A stretch of 64,000 bases of DNA, from positions 1,099 through 65,098 of the forward strand of contig CBDUEV010000005.1 of assembly GCA_965366365.1 (NCBI GenBank), in the 5' to 3' direction. This document shows, in pieces, positions 19,587 to 26,651 of this stretch. The notes beneath the pieces were generated by a model. It ran no database searches and was not told where the DNA came from. It saw nothing but the letters and a program-made list of their open reading frames with translations. A program made the position numbers and the translations under genes. The DNA comes from an uncultured Acidimicrobiia bacterium. GTDB taxonomy: Bacteria; Actinomycetota; Acidimicrobiia; Spongiisociales; JAENVV01. Every line of letters starts with the position of its first letter. The stretch's first letter is position 1.

Positions 19587-20451
19587 TTTGGATCGGATCC
19601 TGGGGCTCTACGCGGAACTCAATCCGGTTCCGGACGTCGACGCTCTGGTCACGGATGAGGCGTCCTCCTCGACCAAGCACGAGGGAGGGAGACTCCACAT
19701 GTCAGACACGACCGTCCAGACGATCAGGGCCGAGCAGCAAGCGGCGCCATCGCCACCGCCGCGCTCTCGGTGGCTGTGGGTGGCCGCCGTCGTGGTGGCC
19801 GTAGTGACGATTACGATGATGGTGCTGCCCGGGAGCAACGATCCCGAGGTCATCGCCACGGTTCCCGCCGAGGTCGAGGTGGCCGAGGAAGTGGCGATCT
19901 TCCAGACAGCCATCGCCGCCTACAACGCCGGCGATGTCGACGGGTTCTTGGCGTCGTTTTCCGACGACGCCACCCTGTTCGGCCAGTCCCGGGCGGCTGA
20001 CCCTGCGGGGGTGCGGGACCTGCAGGCGTTCTTCATGGCATTCGATCAGGACTTCGATTTGATCTGCTCATCCGATGGTCCGGCCGTGACGTGTTGGGGC
20101 ACAATGGTCGACGCGCTGGGCAGAGCCGTCAACCGCCGACCGGAGCCGGTCGAGGTCGAGGCGACCGTGGAGGGCGGCCTGGTGACGAGTATGGGGTGGA
20201 CCGGCTACAACGCCTTCCAGCTGGTTCGTGCGATCGCCATTTGGACCGCCACCTACCAGCCGACGTTCTGGGGCGAGCGATTCGTCGAGTGCTCGTCCGA
20301 GACGAACTGCTTCACCTTCGACAATGTCAGTTTCCTGGCCAACGAGGCGTCGGGCGAGGCTCTGGTGGAGGTTTCCCCCGCCTACGCCGAAATCACCCAG
20401 ACCAGGACCGGCGACCATTGGGCGGGCGACGGCCCCGAAGGAGATCTCTAG
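19579..20451 (+). CDS. Putative anti-sigma factor (single TM plus extracytoplasmic NTF2/SnoaL-like domain)
   Basis: It overlaps the sigma gene by 8 bp. It has a short cytoplasmic N-terminus, a TM helix (WLWVAAVVVAVVTITMMVL) and an extracytoplasmic domain with NTF2-like features (AIAAYNAGDVDGFLASFSDDATLFG). Confidence 0.5.
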   Translation: MSDLDRILGLYAELNPVPDVDALVTDEASSSTKHEGGRLHMSDTTVQTIRAEQQAAPSPPPRSRWLWVAAVVVAVVTITMMVLPGSNDPEVIATVPAEVEVAEEVAIFQTAIAAYNAGDVDGFLASFSDDATLFGQSRAADPAGVRDLQAFFMAFDQDFDLICSSDGPAVTCWGTMVDALGRAVNRRPEPVEVEATVEGGLVTSMGWTGYNAFQLVRAIAIWTATYQPTFWGERFVECSSETNCFTFDNVSFLANEASGEALVEVSPAYAEITQTRTGDHWAGDGPEGDL

Positions 20452-20494
20452 GGGGCGAGTAGACGACGACGGCGTCGCCCCTTGGTCGCGAGCG

Positions 20495-20559
20495 CCCGAG
20501 CGGTTTCCCCGAGCGGTTTCCCCGAGCGGTTTCCCCGAGCGGTTTCCCCGAGCGGTTTC
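20495..20559. repeat. Tandem repeat, 13-bp unit GAGCGGTTTCCCC x ~4.8
   Basis: Read directly from the sequence. Four perfect copies span 20498-20549, flanked by a partial leading copy and a trailing copy (GAGCGGTTTCA). It is intergenic, between the anti-sigma stop (20451) and the NUDIX start (20709). The unit length is not a multiple of 3. Confidence 0.9.
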
Positions 20560-20708
20560 ATGGCCGAGGTCGCGGTTGGCTGTCCCCTACGATCGCCTCG
20601 CCGCCCGCCAGGTCGAAATCGGCGACCGCGCCGGCTTCGACGGTCTTGGCAGCGGCGCCAACGATGGAGGGGCGGGCCGTTTCGCTGCTTCGGCCCTATC
20701 CTCGCCCT

Positions 20709-21266
20709 ATGCACGATCACTGGCCGGGCGAGTATCGCTTCTGCCCCATGTGCGCCGCCGAATTGGAGCTGCGGCCCATGGGCGGGCGGTCGCGCCAGGT
20801 GTGCCCAGACTGTGACTTCGTTCACTGGCGCAACCCGGGCGTGGGAGCGGCCGTTCTGATCCGGGACGAGGCCGGACGGGTTCTGTTGATCGAACGCGGG
20901 CCGAACGCCTCCCAATCCGGGCTGTGGGCCGTTCCGGCCGGGTTCGTCGACTACGGCGAAGACGTTCGCGAGGCGGCCAGGCGGGAGCTGCTCGAAGAGA
21001 CCGGCCTGGAGGCCACCATCGGCGAAGTGGCCTACGTCGCCTCGAACTTCCATGACCCCAACAAGTTGACGGTGGGCATCTGGTTCCACGGTCGTGTCAC
21101 CGGCGGAACGTTGATGGCTGGGGACGACGCCTCCGACGCCGGATACTTTCCCCTCGACGATCTCCCGCCCTTGGCCTTCTCCACGGACCTCGAGTTCTTC
21201 GCCCGTCTGGCTCGCCAGGATGCGGGGGGTCAGGACCCTGATCAGTCCGGCGGAAACCGAACCTGA
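20709..21266 (+). CDS. NUDIX hydrolase with N-terminal zinc ribbon (NudC-like architecture)
   Basis: It has a CPMC...CPDC zinc ribbon followed by a NUDIX box (GFVDYGEDVREAARRELLEETGL). Confidence 0.75.
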   Translation: MHDHWPGEYRFCPMCAAELELRPMGGRSRQVCPDCDFVHWRNPGVGAAVLIRDEAGRVLLIERGPNASQSGLWAVPAGFVDYGEDVREAARRELLEETGLEATIGEVAYVASNFHDPNKLTVGIWFHGRVTGGTLMAGDDASDAGYFPLDDLPPLAFSTDLEFFARLARQDAGGQDPDQSGGNRT

Positions 21267-21862
21267 TCCTCGGGGTCGTAACGGGCCAGCTCCTCCCACG
21301 GAGTCCCGGACCGGAGACTGATCACCGTTGCATGGAGGGGTTTGTCCTCGTGTTGGTCGGCCAGGGTCTTGCCGACGAGGAGGAGACGGGCAGCCTGAGT
21401 GGGGTCCTGGTGACCCACCACGACGACGTCTCCGTCCCGATGGGCCTCGTCGAGCCGGCGGACCACTGCCGCCACACGATGGGCGCATGCCTCCAGCGAC
21501 TCGCCCGAGAAAGGGAGGTCCCACGGCTTCTCGAGATATGCCTCGAGCTGGCCCGGCTTCTTGTCGGGGAGGTCCTCCCACACCAAGCCTTCCCACTCGT
21601 CGGCCAAGCGCCACTCGGTCAGGTCCTCGTCGACCTTGACGGGCAACTGGTGACGGCGCGCGATCAGGGCGGCCGTCTCGAGGGCTCGTTCGAGTGGCGA
21701 TGACCAGACCGCCACGATCGGTGGACGGGCGAGATAGCGGGCAGCGTCGTCGGCCTGGGCGCGTCCCCGCTCGGAGAGGCCGAAATTGGGAAGACGGCCG
21801 TAGACCAGATGATCTGGGTTTTTGACTTCGCCGTGACGGACGAGATGCACGAGATTCGCCAT
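21242..21862 (-). CDS. Histidine phosphatase family protein (phosphoglycerate-mutase-like)
   Basis: It has the RHG motif at the N-terminus (MANLVHLVRHGEV) and the conserved His region (VVVGHQD). Its 3' end overlaps the convergent NUDIX gene by 25 bp. Confidence 0.7.
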   Translation of the reverse strand: MANLVHLVRHGEVKNPDHLVYGRLPNFGLSERGRAQADDAARYLARPPIVAVWSSPLERALETAALIARRHQLPVKVDEDLTEWRLADEWEGLVWEDLPDKKPGQLEAYLEKPWDLPFSGESLEACAHRVAAVVRRLDEAHRDGDVVVVGHQDPTQAARLLLVGKTLADQHEDKPLHATVISLRSGTPWEELARYDPEDQVRFPPD

Positions 21863-21958
21863 ACGGCGGAGCAGTGTAGGCGAGCACCGGCCAGGTGTAG
21901 GGCGCATCGGCGGGCATCGGTCGCCGCGATGGACCACAACAGCTGAGTCCGATCTCCG

Positions 21959-23767
21959 CTACGCCGGCACCTCGAGCAGCTCGGCGAGCAACGGGTTCTC
22001 GACCTCCGCTCCGAGCAGTCGGGCCGCAGCCGCATCTCCGTCATTGCCGAGGGTTGCGCGATGGAGGAGCGAGCGCACCAACAGTTCCCTCATTCCCGCC
22101 CTCGAGGCAAGATCATGCATCGTCTCCACCCATGTCCCCGTATCAGCGTGTCCGTGCTTGAGACCAAGGTCGCACTGAGCATCGAGAATGTAGACGTCGA
22201 GCCACACGTAGGGGTCGGCCAGACGGTTGCATCGGGTCCGGGCGTCGGCGAGAAGGTCGAATGCTTTCTCGATCTGGCCCTCAGCTGCCGCAACCAAGCC
22301 GAGGCCGCGCGCCGAAGCCCCCTCCCAACACGGGTCAGCCAACTGGCACGCCCTCGCATAGGCCTGTTCGAACAGTTCAGTAGCGTTGGAGATTGCCCCA
22401 CGAGCAAGTTCAACTTCACCACGCAGTCCCTGCGGCCACGGCAGAAACGCCAACCACCGATTGCTGTCACACAACTCGAGCGACGCATCCAAGTGATCAG
22501 TCGCTAGCTCCAGGTCACCACGGAGAAGATGGACTCGGCCGACCATGGATTGCGCGTACGCCTCGCGACGAACGTCCCCGATCACCTGCGACGACGCGAT
22601 CGAAGCACGGAGGTGTCCCAGAGCTTCTCGGTAGTTGCCTCGGTCGCTCGCCACACTTCCGAGATACGCTGTGATCTTGGGCGGCAACCCAGATGCCGGG
22701 TCGGCGAGCTTTGCAGCATCGGAAAGCCACACCTCGGCACGGTCGTAGCGAGCTCGAAGGAAATCGACGTATCCAAGCTCTGCCCGCGCCTCAGCGACGA
22801 GGCCCGGCTCTCCGACCGAGCTGCCGATTTCCAACGCCTCGTGCAGAGATGCCGAGCCCTCCTCATCCATGCCACGGAGCGAATGGATCAATGATTCGGC
22901 CAGCGCCAGCCGAGCCGTGACCCGGAGTCGATCTGACGAAGCAGTATCGGCGGCCGCAATGGCCGACCGGAGAGTCTCAATCCCGGCTACGACGGCTCCC
23001 GCTCCTACCGCGGCGGCCCCGGCCTCGAGGGTGGCCGCAATGGAGGCCTCATCGACAACCTCCCCTATTCGGTGTAGCGGCTCACGCATTGCCGAGGCAA
23101 CGGCGGGACCAGGCTCTATGCCGAGCTCGGAGGTGAACAGCTCGGTGCAGGCGGCCAGCTGACGTTCCGCAGCGACGTAATCTCCCGCCATTCGGTAGAG
23201 CTTGATCAACAGCGCCTGGTGGTTTTCGTCGAGCGTGTTCATCGCCAGCGCTCTGGCGGCGAAAGCGATGGCATCCCGAGGTGCACCCCGCGACATCGTC
23301 GCGAGAGCGGCTTCGTGAAGAATGGCCTCGGACGCGGCAGCTATATAGCGCTGTTCGGAGAGCAGCCACGACTCAAACCCTGCCGCATTGCGGACGGTGA
23401 CGCCAGCCAACAAGTCGTCACCGAGTCCGGGCAGGGCTACGGCGTCGATCCAACTCCCCCGGGCGAGCACGTCGACATCGACGACCGTGTCTGCTGGAAG
23501 AGTGAGGATCACGGGATCACCTTCCAACGAGACTCCCTCGCCCAACCCTCGCCGTATCTCGGCCAGATTCCACCGAAGCGCCCGAAGCGGGTCCTTGGCT
23601 TCAGAGAAGAGCAGGGAAGCCAGCTGTGCCCGCGTTGGGTGCCGCTCCGAGAGGAGGAGGTACGTGAGAAGGGCCCAACTCTTCCTGCTGCGGAATCGGT
23701 AACCGGCTGTGCCGTGGCGATCGAGCACCGGTTGCCCAAGGAGTCTGATCGTGAGGCTCAAGGGCAC
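21959..23767 (-). CDS. SARP/AfsR-like transcriptional regulator (OmpR-type winged helix + BTAD + TPR-like repeats)
   Basis: The N-terminus (IRLLGQPVLDRHGTAGYRFRSRKSWALLTYLLLSE) is a trans_reg_C DNA-binding domain. The BTAD helical region (ALLIKLYRMAGDYVAAERQ) follows, then a long Ala/Leu-rich repeat region. Confidence 0.7.
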   Translation of the reverse strand: MPLSLTIRLLGQPVLDRHGTAGYRFRSRKSWALLTYLLLSERHPTRAQLASLLFSEAKDPLRALRWNLAEIRRGLGEGVSLEGDPVILTLPADTVVDVDVLARGSWIDAVALPGLGDDLLAGVTVRNAAGFESWLLSEQRYIAAASEAILHEAALATMSRGAPRDAIAFAARALAMNTLDENHQALLIKLYRMAGDYVAAERQLAACTELFTSELGIEPGPAVASAMREPLHRIGEVVDEASIAATLEAGAAAVGAGAVVAGIETLRSAIAAADTASSDRLRVTARLALAESLIHSLRGMDEEGSASLHEALEIGSSVGEPGLVAEARAELGYVDFLRARYDRAEVWLSDAAKLADPASGLPPKITAYLGSVASDRGNYREALGHLRASIASSQVIGDVRREAYAQSMVGRVHLLRGDLELATDHLDASLELCDSNRWLAFLPWPQGLRGEVELARGAISNATELFEQAYARACQLADPCWEGASARGLGLVAAAEGQIEKAFDLLADARTRCNRLADPYVWLDVYILDAQCDLGLKHGHADTGTWVETMHDLASRAGMRELLVRSLLHRATLGNDGDAAAARLLGAEVENPLLAELLEVPA

Positions 23768-23885
23768 AATCTCGCCCTCCCGGTCTTCGTTGTCAAACGG
23801 TGTGTCAAACGGCTCCCTGTTTCCATGGGCTGATCAACAGGTCCCGGCGACTCAGAGTCGGCGACCACGATCGAAGGGAACGGCC

Positions 23886-24137
23886 ATGTCACTGTTCATG
23901 GATGTGCACAACATGGAAGGCGGAGTGTCCGCCGAGGACGTCGCCGGAGCGCACAGCGCGGATCTGGCCACGCAAGGTCAGCACGGCGTCGAGTACCTCA
24001 AGTACTGGGTAGATGAGGAAGCCGGGAAGATCTTCTGCCTGGTGAACGCACCCGACGCCGAAGCGGCCAACACCGTCCACCGAGAAGCTCACGGTCTCGT
24101 CGCCGATGAGATTTATATGGTGAGCGAACACGAATAG
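23886..24137 (+). CDS. DUF4242-family small protein
   Basis: 83 aa from the internal ATG of ORF 23709..24137 (MSLFMDVHNMEGGVSAEDVAGAH...YLKYWVDEEAGKIFCLVNAPDAEAANTVHREAHGLVADEIY). Confidence 0.5.
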   Translation: MSLFMDVHNMEGGVSAEDVAGAHSADLATQGQHGVEYLKYWVDEEAGKIFCLVNAPDAEAANTVHREAHGLVADEIYMVSEHE

Positions 24138-24146
24138 ATCTGAATG

Positions 24147-24187
24147 CGGGCGGGACGGCGATCAGCGCCGATTCCCGCCCGCTCCAT
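24147..24187. terminator. GC-rich hairpin (GCGGGCGGGA-N17-TCCCGCCCGC)
   Basis: A perfect 10-bp inverted repeat lies immediately after the DUF4242 stop and 180 bp upstream of dinB. There is no U-tract. Confidence 0.3.
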
Positions 24188-24369
24188 CGTGCTCAGGCTG
24201 GAACCCATCGGGGATCTTGACGATCACCGAGTGGATGATGAGGAATCCACCACCGCGAGCTGGGAACCACTTGCCCCGGCGGCGTGCCGGCCAGCTATCG
24301 GGGGTGCTCGGCGCCGGCCCGAGGCGGCCGCGCAACCCATCGCTTCGAACCAGGCGATATCGTGCACCC

Positions 24370-25566
24370 ATGGGGTTCAGTGAACCGATCATCCACATCG
24401 ACATGGACGCCTTCTTCGTGGAATGTGAACGCCTCGAGAACCCCGCCCTGGTCGGCAAGCCGGTGGTGGTGGGCGGCGCAGGCAAGCGGGGAGTGGTGGC
24501 GGCCGCCTCCTACGAAGCGCGCCGGTACGGAATCCGGTCGGCGCAACCGATGATCCGAGCTCTGCGCACCTGTCCCCAGCTCGTGGTGGTGCCACCCCGA
24601 CACGACCTGTACCGCCGGGTGTCGGAACAGGTGTTTGAGATCCTCAGGGCAACGACCCCCCTTGTCGAAGGCCTGAGCATCGACGAGGCGTTCCTCGACG
24701 TGGGGGGTCTCCACGTTCACTATCCCTCGTCGGTGGCCATCGCCGAGTCGATCCGGGCGAGCATCAAAGAGACCATCGGCATTCCTTCGTCGGCCGGAAT
24801 CGCCGGCAACAAGCTTCTGGCCAAGCTCGCCTCGGACTCCGCCAAACCGGACGGCTCCCGCCATGTGCCGATCGAGCACCAGCTCGAGTTCCTCCACGCG
24901 CTGCCCGTCCGACGGCTGTGGGGCGTCGGCGAAGCGACCTATGCGTCCCTGGAACGCTACGGGGTGCAGACGGTCGGCGACCTCGCCGCCATCCCCGAAC
25001 GGCGCTTGGTGTCCGATCTGGGGGCGGTGGTTGGTCATGCGCTCTACGCCTTGGCGCAGGGTCAGGACAGCCGACCGGTGGAGCCTTCGACAGAGGTGAA
25101 ATCGGTCTCGGTGGAGGTCACCTATCCGGAAGATCTGCACGATCCGGCCCAGGTGCGGGTCGAAGTACTCCGCCACGCCACCAAGGTGGGTGCCCGTCTC
25201 CGCCGGGCGGGGCTGGCGGGGAGGACGGTGAATCTGAAAGTGAGGTTCTCCGACTTCTCGACCCCGACGCGCAGCATCACCCTCGAATCCCCGACCGACG
25301 TTGCCCGCGACATCCACCACGCCGCCCTGGACCTCCTCGAGCGGATCCCGCGGCGCGGCGTTGGCATACGCCTCCTCGGGGTTGGGGTGTCCAACCTCAG
25401 TCCGGCGTCTGCTCCCCGGCAACTGGCCACGGACCGCTCACCCAAATGGGACGACCTCGAAGCGGCGGTGTCGACGGTTCGAGAACGCTACGGCGACGAG
25501 TCCGTTGGCCCGGCCAGTCTCGGCGGGAAGACCATCGCCCCCGATTCGGCGGAACCCGCCTCATGA
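24370..25566 (+). CDS. dinB: DNA polymerase IV (Y-family translesion polymerase)
   Basis: The internal ATG at 24370 gives the canonical N-terminus MGFSEPIIHIDMDAFFVECE. It has the catalytic SIDEAFLDV motif and a little-finger domain. The upstream 51 aa of ORF 24217 are Arg/Pro-rich. Confidence 0.85.
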   Translation: MGFSEPIIHIDMDAFFVECERLENPALVGKPVVVGGAGKRGVVAAASYEARRYGIRSAQPMIRALRTCPQLVVVPPRHDLYRRVSEQVFEILRATTPLVEGLSIDEAFLDVGGLHVHYPSSVAIAESIRASIKETIGIPSSAGIAGNKLLAKLASDSAKPDGSRHVPIEHQLEFLHALPVRRLWGVGEATYASLERYGVQTVGDLAAIPERRLVSDLGAVVGHALYALAQGQDSRPVEPSTEVKSVSVEVTYPEDLHDPAQVRVEVLRHATKVGARLRRAGLAGRTVNLKVRFSDFSTPTRSITLESPTDVARDIHHAALDLLERIPRRGVGIRLLGVGVSNLSPASAPRQLATDRSPKWDDLEAAVSTVRERYGDESVGPASLGGKTIAPDSAEPAS

Positions 25567-25664
25567 TTTTCTCCAACTCTTTGTTTCCACAACTCCGCAT
25601 CCTCGTATAATGTGCGAACACGTGCACGAACGGACGGTTCGGTCACGAATGGGGAGCAGCACGT

Positions 25665-26012
25665 ATGGGGCTTGACGACAGAGAGCAGCGAATCCTCGCC
25701 GAGATAGAACGAAGGTTCTACGAGGAAGACCCGGATCTCGCTGACGCCGTGCGCAACATCACCCGGGCGGCTTCGTCCCGGTGGCGTTTCCGCCTGGCCA
25801 TTCTCGGTACCGTCGTCGGCCTGGTCATCGCCCTGGGTTCGGTGCTCTGGAACACCTGGGTGGCGCTGGGTGGATTCGTGCTTCTCGTCGTCTCGGCGGC
25901 CACCCTCATCCAGGGCCTTCGCTTGCGCAGCGGCAAACTCGACACCGTCTCGACAGGCGTCGCGCGAACTTTTGCCGACCGCTTCAAACGCCGCCCCCCG
26001 TTTGAGCGCTAG
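25665..26012 (+). CDS. DUF3040-family small membrane protein
   Basis: It has the conserved N-terminus (MGLDDREQRILAEIERRFYEEDPDLA) followed by two TM helices. Confidence 0.6.
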   Translation: MGLDDREQRILAEIERRFYEEDPDLADAVRNITRAASSRWRFRLAILGTVVGLVIALGSVLWNTWVALGGFVLLVVSAATLIQGLRLRSGKLDTVSTGVARTFADRFKRRPPFER

Positions 26013-26141
26013 GGTGCGTTCGAGGGCGCTAAAGTAGCCCTCCGTTGCGACGTCGGACTGGCCCGACGAACCGATCTCGGGGATCGCAGAGGTAGAGCGG
26101 CTCAACCCCTTTTGGCAGCCGCGGTGACGTGTGGGAGAGAA

Positions 26142-26624
26142 ATGCAGGACGGATTCACGGCGCAGCAGGCGTCAAAGCTGACAGGTTGTTCACAGCACCA
26201 GCTTCGATATTGGGATCGAGTCGATCTCGTCCGGCCCACGGTGCAAGGCACCGGCGGTCGACCCGGGGTGCGGCGCCTCTACAACTTCCGGGACCTCGTT
26301 GCGTTGCGCGTCGTCCGGAGTCTGCTCGACAACGGCATGTCGGTGCAGCGGGTTCGGCGGGCATGGGATTACCTGCGCCGCAACGCCGACATGGATGTTC
26401 ACCTGGCCGACGTGAAGCTGGTCACGGACGGCATCTCCATCTTCCGGGTGGCCGCCAACGACGACCAGCTTCTGGACGCACTCAAAGAAGGGCAGCTCGC
26501 CTTCTTCGTGGCGATCGACACGATCGCCCGAGAGGTTGAAGAAGATGTCACCCGCTTCGAGCTGGACCGCGAACAGTTCCTCGATGTGCTCCGTCGAGTC
26601 GAAGAGGACGTCGCCAACGGCTGA
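26142..26624 (+). CDS. MerR-family transcriptional regulator
   Basis: It has a MerR HTH (FTAQQASKLTGCSQHQLRYWDRVDLVRP) and a C-terminal effector/dimerisation region. The start is at the internal ATG of ORF 26112. Confidence 0.7.
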   Translation: MQDGFTAQQASKLTGCSQHQLRYWDRVDLVRPTVQGTGGRPGVRRLYNFRDLVALRVVRSLLDNGMSVQRVRRAWDYLRRNADMDVHLADVKLVTDGISIFRVAANDDQLLDALKEGQLAFFVAIDTIAREVEEDVTRFELDREQFLDVLRRVEEDVANG

Positions 26625-26651
26625 AGACTCTCCGTCTCCGGTCCGACCCGT

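Noticed and set aside
20495-20559. Possible CRISPR array (short direct repeats)
   Set aside because: The units are contiguous with no spacers. They are only 13 bp, with no palindromic repeat structure and no cas genes nearby. It is a simple tandem repeat, not a CRISPR array. The same reasoning applies to the 14-bp array at 55964-56047.
24217-24369. LexA box upstream of dinB itself
   Set aside because: Only a single TCGAAC half-site (cttCGAACcagg) is present, with no matching GTTCGA partner at N4 spacing. The GC-rich inverted repeat at 24147-24187 looks like a terminator for the upstream gene rather than an operator.
26030-26141. Candidate intrinsic terminator (GGGG...CCCC followed by TTTT) just upstream of the MerR gene
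   Set aside because: Stem complementarity is only 4 bp before mismatches. The position directly upstream of a co-oriented gene start makes a terminator role doubtful.
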